Part shown: positions 51,706-64,000 of the stretch, one piece after another
How the letters are laid out: each line of letters begins with the position of its first letter
Position numbering within the stretch: the first letter of the stretch is position 1
NCBI GenBank assembly: GCA_051294905.1
Contig: CM119372.1
Span: 31,498,001 to 31,562,000 of the forward strand
Length of the DNA: 64,000 nucleotides
Direction: 5' to 3'
DNA from: Botryllus schlosseri
Lineage: Eukaryota
The notes under the pieces: model-generated
What the model was told of the DNA's origin: nothing
Seen by the model: only the letters and a program-made list of their open reading frames with translations
Databases searched by the model: none
Made by a program: the position numbers and the translations under genes

Positions 51706-54106
51706 CAGTGGCGGCTCGTCCTATAGGGCAACTGGGGCATTGCCCCACCCAATATTCTGTTCAATAACAATTCTTTACCATTTATAGACGCACACCAATC
51801 TATATATACCGAAATCACAGCGAAAGTCGTATTCTTCTTGTCCTTTCGCTAGTAAATGCCCATATATAGCGAAGTCTTTGCGAAAATCGAATTCTCTTCG
51901 TGTTTTCGCTTTGCGAATGCCTAGCCGGGGCATGCCCCGGTAGCGCTCATAACAAGCTTTCACTGTCTATTCTCTCAAAGCCGCGCACAATAAAGAAACG
52001 GTGATTTGCTCTCTCCTATTCGTAAAATGGCCGAGCAACCGGGGCAAATATGATGGTCGCCCCTAAGGTGTGATGTAACAATCGTATCTATATCTGAACT
52101 CGATTACCGTAATATGCGTTTAGTCGACCTTTGCTGGTATAGGTCGATTTTGATGGCGTTTCACACCATGAAAACTCTTGAAATTTGGTATGTCATGTCG
52201 TGATGGTGGTATTTAACACTGCCCCAAGTTTCAGGGTTTCTACTTAAAGTTTAGGGTAGTAATTCCGTTTCCGAAGTTGAGTGTGTGCTGATCCGTCACG
52301 TATCGCAAACAGATTTTACTCAAAAGCCGGTATTGGTATCCATTGATTTTGACGATGTTCAATACTGAGATCGGTTATGAAATTTGGCACGGTAAGTCTT
52401 AATGTTAGTATCGAACGCTGTACCAAGTTTCAAGTTTGTCACTGAACTGTGTTAGTGGTAATTTCGTTTCCTAATTTGAGTGAGAGCTTACTCGTCATTT
52501 ATCGCTACCAGAATATACGCAAAGCCGGTATTGGTATCTATTAATTTTAACGATGCTCCTTACCTAGATCCGTCATAAGCTTTTGCACGGTATGTCTTGG
52601 TTTTAGTATCGAACGCTGTGCCAAGTCTCAAGGTTGGCACTCGGTGATTAGGGCAGTAATTTCGTTATCAAGTTCGAGTATGGTAGAGATGTGCTCCGAT
52701 CTGACACTTTAGCATACAACGCATTGCGGATTTCACGCAAAAGCAGGTGTATCTGCGGTAACGTTGACTGAGATGATGATATCATTCTCAGTTTGCATTC
52801 AAATATTTACTGTGATATTATATTCTCCAATGTCAATTTCACCGTGAAATTGTGGCCTTCAAGCCATTTGCTCACAACCCCCTGCTGTCAAGCGCGATAG
52901 CTATTTCGTTTTCGATGGCGGCTAACAGCTGATCACTTGATCAGCCTATTCCTCGGTAAATTTTGCGCAAAATTCGGTGTCGGTCTGTTCGCATTATTTT
53001 GACAGTGTACCATACCGGAAAGGGCCATGAGACCACTGCTCGATGATGTCATGTAACAGTGTACTAAGTTTAAAGCTTTCGTCCACGTATTTATTCGGTA
53101 ATATATTTTCCAAAGGCGATTTCGCAGCAGACCTATAGACAGTAATAAAGCCGTATGTGTCGTGTTACAGTCTCCAGTTTCAAGGCCAAAATCTCCTATG
53201 CTGTACCGAGACCGAATTTCCGAGGCTGCTATTCTTAGTTCTTCAGAATGATGTTTTGGATTCAATATGACAGGCCCAATCTATGAGATAACAATTGCGT
53301 ATCTGTCCGAACTTGTTGACCTTTCCAGTTAGGCTCAAGGGCGTAGCCAGAAAAAATATTTGGGAGGGGCGAAAAATTTGATGACGTAAATGAGCCCCTC
53401 TCCCTTAAATATAAGGAAAAATAGGGTAAATACGATGGTCTTGGGCCCTTAAACATAATTAAGACACACTTACAGTCTCCAACCGCCATGCTGAACTGAC
53501 TCCCCTAGTCTCAATCAACCCAACGACCTCGGGCCACGCTGGTGTATCTACTGCTATTCTACTAGCTGTTGTATTCTCATAATTGAGAATGCAGCTTAAT
53601 TCAATAAGGGGGATTATTTGCGAAAGAATTTATTTTCAAGATACGGATAATACAATCAAGACATGCATGGACTGGACTGGACAGGACAGTGAAAAATTTC
53701 AGGCTGCATTCATCTGTCCTAAAATACTGTTATATTTATTGATTTTTCGAAAATTTTCCAAAAATTTGGGAGGGGCGATCGCCCCTTTCGCCCCTCCCTG
53801 GCTACGCCGGTGGTTAGGCTTACGTTATCTCTCGAGTTATAGTCATTTCCAGGTCAAGTGCGAACATGAACCGTGTTGAATCTTTGTTCCGTACGCCGTT
53901 AACGCAGTTACCACACTTAAAGTCACAGCTCACCGGCGGACCTTTCGTGGCACATATGTTAAAATCACTGTTGCCGGCAAATTCATGTTACCGTACCATC
54001 ATTAAGTTACTTGTTTACGTTGGAAAACGCCATTGTGACGTCATCTTAATAAAAAGTAGCTTGCAGCCCTTGCCCCACCACCCGATATTGTCACGAGCCG
54101 CCACTG
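51706..54106. mobile_element. hAT element X copy 2 (inverted), layer 5 of nest 2
   Basis: Same TIRs as X copy 1, perfect TSD CTAGGATG. Confidence 0.9.
53336..53812. mobile_element. hAT MITE Z, layer 6 of nest 2
   Basis: GGCGTAGCCAG / CTGGCTACGCC TIR, TSD GTTAGGCT. Absent from X copy 1. Confidence 0.87.
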
Positions 54107-54716
54107 CTAGGATGTACCAGAATTTGCAAAGGGTGTACCGCTCGGATGGGGTGTACAGGGGTGTACCAGATCCGAATCACAATGAGCCGATGGCTAGCTA
54201 TCACAAAGGCAGGTTTATGGGTCAGTACAGGTTGACACACAGGTTAATGAGCAATATAGTACGATGTTATCGCAAGTGTAATACTGTACACGGCTTGATT
54301 GTGATGTTATAAGCAAATATTTCTCCTATTCATTTAGCCGTCGGCAATAGACCAATGGTTCCGTTTGGTGTTAGAAAGTATGCAGCAAACATGTGTTCAG
54401 CTAGTCATTTGTCTTTTAGTGATTTTTGAGGAAACCGCCATGATATCTCAGACTTCTTGAATCGATACTTCCTACCCGACGTTAATAAATACCGGAAAGC
54501 ACATAAATGAAGTGACGTAGCCAGCCAGGGTCGAAACAGCTTCCATGTTGAAATCGAAACCCTTTTGTTTTAAAATGCCGATTTCATGTCCAATATATCG
54601 CCATAGGCCTACATTTGTGATTTAGTATTTTGTTATTAGTGATGCAAATTAGCGACAATAGATTGTGTATAGCGGCATGCGATCTGAGGTTACTGACATC
54701 TTTTGCAGCCCATGTT

Positions 54717-54990
54717 TGTTGTTTGTTTTTGGGTGATTGTCGACTACTATGGTCTGGTCATTTTCACCAGGCCGATATTCTTCTTATTTTCCGTAACTGC
54801 CGACTTATAGCACGGCCCACCTCTAGGCTTTTGTAAGATACCGCTGACGCAGATGAAGTGGCGAGGAGGAGCCTAGGTAAACCTCCAACACTTAGGTATC
54901 GGAATTCGGAGGTCGACGTCGGTCGGACTCGAACCCGCGCCCATTAGTGTTGCAGCCGCGGATTATACCACTATGCGCTATCTCGCCACC
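54717..54990 (-). mobile_element. tRNA-derived SINE within element Y
   Basis: A and B boxes (GGTTCGAGTCC), AAAC-type tail, TSD TTGC(A/T)GCCCATGTT. Confidence 0.85.
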
Positions 54991-56767
54991 TTGCTGCCCA
55001 TGTTGCACTATCGACTGTGTGTGGTGTGGGGCAGGCCTGATACGCAGTAGGCTGGTGCGCCTGCTATCATCGCTGATCTGAATTACCGCTTCTGCAGCAG
55101 TAGCTTTACCTACTCTCTCCCCAATACTGTTACATTTAGGTTGATTATCGTTCGTAATGTCATGCTGTTTTGGGGCTGACACGAAATAAATTCCAATTTG
55201 CGTGGCGGGCGGCCTAACTGGCTGCGACTCTATGACCTTTATTCAAATCCAAATTTTTTGACGGCAATAACTCCGCTTTTACTGGTTGGAATTGAACCAA
55301 ATTTGAGGAACATCGTTTTTATAGACAACCTAATACATTCATGGGGTGAACAAAAAATTTTCAAATATTTCGTTATTTATTTTTATATATTAAATAGAAA
55401 CTTTCTTCTCCCGTAGCAACGCGGCTACCTGTTGGAATTGAACCAAATTTGGTGTGTAGGCTTCAGCTAGGTAACCTAACAATTTTATCAAGTAGCCAGT
55501 ACGATTTGAGAAAAAAAGTCATTTTTGAAGACCCCTAATGAACAGGGGTGTACGAGTATTGAGCGAACGATAGAAGGGTGTACCACGTCGAAAAAGGTTG
55601 AAGAGCACTGGGCTAAAGTGTCAGATCGGAGCACATCTCTACCATACTCGACCTTGAAAACGAAATTATTGCCCTAATCATTGAGTGTCAACCTTGAGAC
55701 TTGGCACAGCGTTCGATACTAAAATCAAGACATACCGTGCAAAAGCTCATGACTGATCTAGGTAAGGAGCATCGTTAAAATCAATAGAGACCAATACCGG
55801 CTTTGCGTATAATCTGTTAGCGATAAATGACGAGTCAGCTCTCACTCGAATTAGGAAACGAAATTACCACTAACACAGTTCAGTGACAAACTTAAAACTT
55901 GGTACAGCGTTCGATACTAACATTAAGACTTACCGTGCCAAATGTCATAACCGATCTCAGTATTGAACATCGTCAAAATCAATGGATACCAATTCTGGCT
56001 TTGAGTAAAAGCTGTTTGCGATACATGACGGATCAGCACACACTCAACTTCGGAAACGGAATTACTACCCTAAACTTTAAGTAGAAACCCTGAAACTTAA
56101 GCCAGTGTTAAATACCACCATCACGACATGACATACCAAGTTTCAAGAGTTTTCATGGTGCGAAACACCATCAAAATCGACCTATACCAGCAAAGGTCGA
56201 CTAAACGCATATGACGGTAACCGAGTTCAGCTATACATACGATTGAGAGAGTAAATCACCGTTTCTTTATTGTGCGCGGCTTTGAGAGAATAGACAGTGA
56301 AAGCTTGTTATGAGCGCTACCGGGGCATGCCCCGGCTAGGCATTCGCAAAGCGAAAACACAGAAGAGAACTCGATTTTCGCAAAGACTTCGCTATATATG
56401 GACATTTACAAGCGAAAGGACAGGGAGAATACCATTTTCGCTGTGATTTCGGTATATATAGATTGGTGTGCGTCTATAAATGGTAAAGAATTGTTATTGA
56501 ACAGAATTTTAGGTTGGGCAATGCCCCAGTTGCCCTATAGGACGAGCCGCCACTGCTAAATAGCCAGTAGCCTACGGATTCCAACATTTTCTTGTTTGGA
56601 GATGTTTTGTTGGGGATTGCGGGGAAAAAATCGGAAGAGTAAGGTCAAGCACGGTGACTTCGAAATGTTTACAAAAATCCATTTTATCCTGTGATATATA
56701 TAACCATTTTTCCATAATAACTTCAAGGTAAGCCGCTAGATAGAAATGACCAGGCTTGGCGTTATAT

Positions 56768-57236
56768 CAGGGGCGGGCAACTTCTCCATTCGGCGGGCCG
56801 GATATGGGAAAATTAAGTACTTGGCGGGCCGGATTCCTGAATTGATACATAAATCGCGTATTTATCCACATATACAACGAATTAATCGTATCTAATGTAA
56901 CCTTCAAGTTTAAAGTAGAGACCAAAAACAGTATTTTTTTGGATTACTCGTAATGTAATTCAATAGCTGTTGAAGTCAATGAGACATCTGTGGTAATCAA
57001 AGTTGTCAACAAGTTCTTTAAACTCTGACTGCATGTCAGACGTAGAAACCCCTGGGAAAGAATGCACGTAAACGTCAGTTATAGATTGTTAATGTTTATG
57101 GTCGAAAATGTTTGCTCGCAAATGTATGTAGACCCGCGGGTCACATTATCATGGAAGACCGGACACTGTCTGCGGGCCACTCAAAATCCCGTCACTTGCC
57201 GGATCCGGCCCTCGGACCGTATGTTGCCCGCCCCTG
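56768..57236. mobile_element. hAT Charlie/Buster-like MITE inside the family M copy
   Basis: TIR CAGGGGCGGGCAAC / GTTGCCCGCCCCTG, TSD CGTTATAT. Confidence 0.9.
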
Positions 57237-60112
57237 CGTTATATATTCATTTAAAAAATGTTTGTCAATTTTAGTGCCGTATTTGTTGCGATCATACCCA
57301 AATGTGTCGTCGGAAGCGTTACGCTTTATTATTACATTCGCCAACACCTATATTTGTGGAAATGGATTTTCGGCACTCGTTAATATCCCATCGTGGGCGC
57401 GGATTTTCAAGACACGACCACGTATTTCAAGAAATGCAATTGCAGAATTCGCTTTGTAGTAATAGAAGTCAACTCAATTCCTACATGGATAGTATGATCT
57501 TATTTTCAAGAATAGTCATTTTGTTGCTGTTTATCACTAAGGTTATAGTTATCATTTGCACAAGACAGATGACGTTTGCACGATAATTGAGCTAAATTTG
57601 AACGGAAACTTTGTGGGGGTCCGCGTGGGTCCGTGACGGTCCGAAAGGGGCCCGCGAAGACAAAAAGGTTGAGTACCACTGATCTAGGCCGATGCTTTCA
57701 CCAATTTTTGGATAGAGGATGCAACCATCCGAGGATATTTCACACACATATTTGATGCAAACTTTCGGATATGGCAAGAAAAATAAACATTACGTTTTCT
57801 ATCAGATATAGGTCCAATGCTCCATTCAGCTTATCCATTGTAGCCTAACTTGAAACTGATATATGCTCGATAATTTGGATCAAGATGAAGATTTTACGGA
57901 TAACAGGCCTAATGATGAAGATTTTGAAATCGAAGATGATTCAGAACGTAGAGTAGTCCATCAACACAAGTTATTGATCTGACATAAGCTTTGGGACATG
58001 AAATAGAAATTTTAGGAGCTTTTTACATCCCTACGAAGTTAGAAAATATTACTTGGCAAGGTAGAGAAGCTATCTCACTGTTGATCAGGAGAATCAGCCT
58101 TTTCTTCGTCGGCTTACTTTCGGTAGCTTTTTGTATTGCCATGATACTGGTATTGGCATGATACTGTCACTGTGGATTTCTGGAGGAGTTAGGAATCCGG
58201 ATTTATAACTCAAGTGAATGGCAAATGCCTTGAGTTAGCTCAAAAAAGATCCTAAAGTGTGGCATTCTCCAAAATGGTAACGTCTAAAGTGCAGTAACAA
58301 TTGCCCACTCTGTTACTCTTCGTGGATAATTCAGAAACATTAAGAATAATACAGAAACCTTGAATTGTTGCGATATCACGAGCACGAATGGATCATATGT
58401 GTCGGCTTTAAAATATTGTGTTTTCTTTGTGGTCAGACAATATGAGTGCAAAGCACGTGCAACCCTGATACATATGTGCCACTGCCATATGTTTTTGTCG
58501 GATAGCAGACATTCAAAATACCAAAATATCCTAATAATTTCCCTGAAAACCTTGACACAGCCAGAGATGGGCGAGGAGAAAATGTCCCCCTAAATCTGAA
58601 GATGATGGGGATAAGATACCAGAGTAGATTAGGGCTGACATATGTTAGCTAACTATTGCTCGAGTATCAAACTAGATAACATACAGAATTCTGGGTTATT
58701 TGCGTAAATTTGGACCCTGAAACCCGCACTTTATTTATCCTGCAGAAGCAATATCAGTTTAAATCAACCAAACAAAGCAGTGCAAATGCTTGTTTGAAGT
58801 CTATTGATTTACTTTCGACTGCATGTAGTTTTTGAAACGTTTTATACAATAAACACAAAATATTACAAGTGGTGCTATTACGTGAGTTATGAGACCATGT
58901 GGGGTGTCCAACCCAAAAACTTGACGTGGCAGAGAAAATCGGAAGTCATTTTTTAATTCAGCGCCCTAAAGTTGGTCAAAATCAATTGTCTGATCACAGT
59001 CAACAACAATTGTGTTGACCAGTGTTATTCATGGTTCATGATTTATTTGAGAGTCTACAATTTTGAAATCAGGAGTTACCTCATAAATATGAAAATCATA
59101 CTCAAAGTGCAAAGGCTGTGGTCATGCCCATTGAACTTGTCGTTACAGCTGATTGAAACACACACAATAAAGGAATTAGCGAAACAATTAAAATACGCCG
59201 ATCTCAAAATGAAACGTGATGAATGTAGCAAAATACGCTTTCTTAGAGTAGTCATTGAAACTACAGGGGTTGTAAGCAAATAACTAAGGAAGAACACCTG
59301 AATGATGGTTGAAAACGTTCTATTCCACATGGAAAATGGAAATGTGAATCTTATTCGGATGATATTGAATGCACCACTGTACTATTTTACATTTGTACTG
59401 AAAATAGGATAACTCCTGTAATTTCGATACTTAATTTTCAGTTAGAACAAACATACCAATGAATTACATACTTCTACATATCTCTCGGTAATTCTACAAC
59501 TACCGAAATGTTATTCGATGTATAGCATAGAAATTTGATTTTATTACTGAAATTTTTAAAGTTTACTTCAATCTCGACATTGTCCTTATGCGCCAGGTTG
59601 TTTTCAGATTCTGTGTGCATTTACCAGATGTCATGTCAAGCCAAATCAGCTGGAACATTAATTTGTTTGGATTCACGTATATATTTGCTAAGTTTGATTC
59701 TCTTGCACGTGCTGATGTTACGAATTGGTAAGCTCATGAAAATTGAGTTAGTTTAAGACGAATTACCATGTTCAATCGCAAGGATATAGCAAATGGAGGA
59801 TTTGGCCTCATGCAGGCATATCCAATCAACCCTAAAGCGTGATTTGTTACTAATATATCAGCGCTAGGCATATTTGGTTGTAGTCTACAATTGTCGTTTG
59901 TTGTATTTTTGTTGTTTTATCTACAGTAGTCATGTACACAACTCAAATATATTCTTCATTATTATTCTGCATCTGCTCACTTGTAGTATTCTATTAGCAT
60001 GTATATTACATTATATGTGGAATGACGTCGCATAATCTCAATGAGGATGCCAGATGATTGTACCGCTGAATTTGTTCGCCATATTCGATTGATAATTCGT
60101 TTCGGTCACGAC

Positions 60113-61389
60113 CAGGGCTTTGGAGCAGCCGAAAATTTAAACTGCTCCAGCTCCGGCTCCGGAGCTCTCTCCTATCATACATTAGCTCCAGCTCCAGCTC
60201 CGGAGCAGCATTAAAACCACTGCTCCGGCTCCAGCTCCGGCTCCGGCTCTGAAATTATCGAATGGTCCTATCTATATCAGCGGTGGCCCGCAAATGTGGC
60301 CCGCGACAGGGTTCTGCGTGGCCCGCGAGGTAATGTCCTATTATATTATCGAAAATGAATTGCTCAGATTGTGAACTTGCAATGCCAACTAAAAATTACA
60401 ATTCTGGCTGCGACACTTGGGATGTTGATGACTAAAATATCAGTTCCGACGCATTAGCAGATCCAGGGTCCAGTCACATTTTCAGTAAATCGTCGTACAT
60501 TATATATAATAAACAAAATAGTAGCGAAATTTTTCTTCACGCTTCGCGTGTTTAATTGTCACACGATTTCTTGCTTGGTAGCCTACCCCCTACTGAAAAT
60601 GAAAAAAACGCCTAATTTACCCGATTGAGTCTAACTGTATTCACAATTACGGAATAAGTCTTTTCGCGTTTACGCTCGCATAAAATCGTCGACGGTGAAA
60701 TATAGGCACAAAATGATTGTCGCATATTATCGGAGACCTTCGATATCGATGTGTCCAGACGCCGAATAGTCGTGTCCTTGCAAACTGAGCCTAGCGGTTG
60801 GTATACAATAGACCCGCAGTACTCACCTAGTTTATTTATAAACTTAGAAAATTTTACCCGCTTGACGTGGCTAGTGGACCGCGCACTCGTTCGTAAATTG
60901 CATGTGCCCCTTTAGCCGAAAAGGTTGGCCATTCCTGGTCTATATAGATTACTAATCTAGTAAATCTACTAATAGGTTAGTTATCTATAGTAATCTAGAG
61001 TCCGTCAGCCGTCAGTAACATCCGATGTAGCAACAAAGACATATAGGTGCCGCCGCGCCGGCTTGTGACTCCATACTGAATACTTGTCAATTGTCGACAA
61101 CATCATAGTTGCACTAGAACGCAATTTACTCCATGCCATTGCTGTGCACAGAATTAAAATTCAGGCCTGGTGTTCAATTATGATAAATCAGCAGATGTGG
61201 TTGTTGCATATTTAATAGCATCTTATGAAATAGGTCGGAGCCGGAGCTACTCCTCAAATAACGGGCTCCAGCTCCGGCTCCGGCTCCGGCTGAATTTTAT
61301 GTAGAGCTCCGGCTCCGGCTCCAGCTCCGGTGAAAATGCACGGCTCCGGGGCTCCGGCTCCGGGCTCCGGCTCCGGCTCCAAAGCCCTG
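60113..61389. mobile_element. hAT MITE family P with internal older MITE (~60278-60937)
   Basis: TIR CAGGGCTTTGGAGC, perfect TSD GTCACGAC. Confidence 0.9.
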
Positions 61390-62884
61390 GTCACGACTCA
61401 CGAGGAATACAAAGGCTGACAAAACGTGTAGTAACTCACGCTATGTCAGAGGTATTAGCAAAGTTCGCTAATTCCTGCCGTAGTAATATAAGTGTAAGTG
61501 TCTTTACCAATACATATAGGCCACTTACCTTTAATTATACTTCATTGTAGAGTATTTGGCATGGAACAGGCGATATATCACGAGCCGTTCAACAACTTGG
61601 GTAAATAAACCGTCACTTATACCGGTTATAAACCAAAATATACGCAACTTGAACCGTAACTTGACTGTAAAATATTTGGAATTACTCGACTTGACTCAAA
61701 TCAAAATTTGTGGTGATTGGATATCACTTTCCTGATATATCAGTTGTTCTGAAACTTTTCAGACTGCGACCCAAATCTGAGTTTTAGTGACGTCTCGCGA
61801 CCCAAGCCTCACACATCAAAAAGTATGCATTTATAATATTAGTGCGCTTCGTTTGACGGGTAAATATGACATAGAGAATGGGCATACAACAGTCGTACGC
61901 AACGCAGCTCTAATAAACATTTCTGGGGCATGCGATTTCAAATTGGGGTGCATTATTGTCCCCTGTAGGTCCATTTGTACTGCATTTGCACAACTGTCTA
62001 CTCAGATTGCACGAACGGAACTTTGCGGTTCCATTTCGACAGTTTTGGCCAAACAGAGACGATCATTTTGGCTATTTTTCCAAGCGGTATCATGCCCAAA
62101 ATTTCATGTCTTCATGTGTATCGGCGCGGAAGGGGTTGACCTCGATATATCTCTTTCTCAAAGTCCCGTAAAAACTCGCTACACAATGCTACACTACAGC
62201 ATCCCAACGGTATTCGGCAGTGTTTTCCAGAGAAGATGGTGTTTTCCGGAGAAACCAATGTCGAATAAATCTGATCATCAATTCAAACCAATTTGTGTAA
62301 TACAAAGGTCGACACATTTTTATGATCAAGTCATATTGTAGTAACGACTTTTCTGCTTGTCTCACTTATTTCCTATTTGTACCCAACATAGGGACTTGGA
62401 ATTTGTACAGATTATTTACAGTAAATCGCGCGAGGCGCGAAGAATTTATATTGTGGCAAGAAATATACAATATAAATATTAAAAGATCAATTTGCTGCGA
62501 TCGCGATACAAAATTATACCCTTTGCGACCCACAATTTAAGACCTCCTTTAGATATATCGTGACCTGTTCCGCACTTGTCTGGCATCGAGCGTAAACTAA
62601 TGAAAAATGAGTTGAGCGTTTGACGCGATGGGCCAGACATTGAGCGATCGGCGTTCTCTCTGTGTGTACCGGCTTCAACAGCGACAAAAACCATTGATTG
62701 AAGGCTATTTGGAGCTCCATTATTGGTGACCCGCTATTGCTACCACCGCGGCAACGTAACGGACAATCCATTCAAGCCAAGCAGCGGTAAATTCCTCGTT
62801 CAAACATACTCACTTGTTCGTAACAATGGACGGTTTCGGAATTTAGTTGTTATTAGAATCCATGGGGTAATGCAATGTGTCTAC

Positions 62885-64000
62885 TAGGGTTGTTCAAAAT
62901 TTGGAAAATGTTTGGAATTATGCGTGTCCATCGCTTATTCTGTAGATTATTGTTAAAAAACAATAATGGACTTGAAAGAAGCTCGCAGGAAAGCCGCTAA
63001 CATTTGTCTAAATGCGTTTGAAAGTCGTTGTTGAAGAGTGGGCGGGCCACCGACCGCAGAGGCGGGCAATCACGAAACCACGGTTCTTGATTGGGTAATC
63101 GGCTAAGCTTCACTGATTACTGCAACAGCTGACTCGGAATCGGGAGCTTGGCTTTATTAAATTGAAAGTCTGTTTTGCTGAGGTAGAGTCTTTTAGTAGC
63201 GGTTGTGGTTCTGTACAAGCGCGTTGTGGGTTGATGAGTCATTAGTAGTACTGTAACACGTGCTCTTTGAATGCTTCGGAGTCGATAGCAGTAGTTTATG
63301 ATTTGGAGCAACAATAGTGCAGTCATGGCAGAGGCAAAACGGCGATAGATTGCACACATGCCGCAGCGAAGAACAAGATCCAAATCTGAGCAGTACTTGG
63401 TCGGATATACTTGCGATTACATCTGTGGCTCGAGATTACCTACTATACGAGAAGTAATGAGTTACTTGCTGCATCTGAAAGAGCATTGTCCTCAGTCAAC
63501 CCCTACTGTGGTGGTGGATGATGTAATGACAGTGTGGAAAATGGCGAGAATTGCGACAATGCAGAAATCACATGTGGTGCGATCACTTCAAATCCTGCAC
63601 GAAAGATGGCGTGATCTGAAAAAGAATCCGAAACAGGAAAGTGATCCCAAGGGTAAGAGGAGAAAATTCACTGATAATTTGGACAATTGACATTTATCTA
63701 TCACATGAAAGAAAGCTTGAAAACATTGCATTTTATGAAGATCAACGGCAATCTCGCCAGTCAATAATGTTGGGAAGAGACAAAATTCTGGCTAAAGACC
63801 TCAAAAAGAAAACAGCAGCCATTGCAGATCAAACTGTTGAAAACGTTTCACACGACTCAAGTTGTGACTATGTTGTTTTAGCATCTTCGTCATCTTCAAA
63901 AGAGGGTGACAGTTTGAGTTGAAGTTCTGCCTACGATGCTGACGTTGGACTTGGCACCTCGACCCAATCCATTAAACTGATGGCACCTAAAAATATTATG
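62885..64000 (+). mobile_element. 5' part of a frameshifted DNA transposon, possibly hATm-like
   Basis: TAGGGT start. ORFs 63358..63690 and 63641..63922 (GSRLPTIREV...WKMARI...FTDNLD; FYEDQR...MLGRDK) resemble the N-terminus of such transposases. The family call is from memory only. Confidence 0.5.

Larger units (their letters stand above)
51667..55610. mobile_element. hAT MITE Y, layer 4 of nest 2
   Basis: TIR CAGTGCTCTTCAACC / GGTTGAAGAGCACTG, perfect TSD GGCTAAAG. The empty site is visible in X copy 2 near 52705. Confidence 0.9.
50734..56555. mobile_element. hAT element X copy 1, layer 3 of nest 2
   Basis: TIR CAGTGGCGGCTCGT / ACGAGCCGCCACTG, perfect TSD CTAAATAG. Confidence 0.9.
50524..57681. 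mobile_element. hAT MITE family M, layer 2 of nest 2
   Basis: Same TIRs as the copy at 46804, TSD ATCGAGGC/ATCTAGGC. Confidence 0.85.
50252..59024 (+). mobile_element. Chapaev(3)-like (CMC superfamily) DNA transposon relic, outermost layer of nest 2
   Basis: CACTGGACAACA / TGTTGACCAGTG ends with 3-bp TSD TTA. Decayed transposase at ~57800-58520 (pieces like LEELGI.IYNSSEW, LKCGILQNGN, IAHSVTL, HEHEWIICV). Confidence 0.65.

Noticed and set aside
50726..54312. Duplicated ORFs MNRVESLFR... and MNPKHH... suggesting a gene pair
   Set aside because: They arise from the two copies of element X, have no recognisable domain, and their stop positions differ between copies.
59080..59831. Exon-like AG...GT segments (+59149-59271; short minus-strand segments near 59605-59831; also ~49690-50059)
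   Set aside because: They give no consistent frame or recognisable protein. They could be noise or lncRNA, and transcript data are needed.
61787..62341. 184-aa ORF
   Set aside because: It lies inside a hAT-like MITE remnant (~61741-62545), starts at GTG and shows no domain signature.
25300..64000. A linked effector gene (HeLo/MLKL/gasdermin/RIPK-like) carrying a matching amyloid motif
   Set aside because: Searched by eye in the non-repeat gaps and nothing supportable was found. A partner would have to lie elsewhere.

Overview
AT-rich, intron-containing animal DNA. The exon style and transposon content suggest an invertebrate such as an ascidian, but this cannot be proven from the window. 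One host gene can be reconstructed: a minus-strand NLR (NACHT plus RI-type LRR) with at least 7 phase-compatible exons (24830-24906, 20702-20827, 14163-15623, 10075-10400, 2047-2151, 1682-1840, <1-80), running off the left edge. No death-fold domain is visible. The NACHT is instead preceded by a short acidic/Ser-rich exon and a 42-codon symmetrical exon carrying a RHIM/amyloid-signalling-like motif (VNQTFKDSQVNVVSGDQHNTNITV), an architecture better known from fungal and bacterial NLRs. Most of the rest is transposon-derived: many hAT MITE families with 8-bp TSDs, tRNA-derived SINEs, a young TRIM-like LTR element, an I-clade LINE relic, a Chapaev-like relic, and an intact CR1-group LINE. That LINE sits inside a Penelope-like GIY-YIG element that still carries a minimal hammerhead ribozyme. 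Two six-level nested insertion stacks (32097-42919 and 50252-59024) can be resolved, mostly from TSDs. Coordinates were read by eye and may be off by a base or two.
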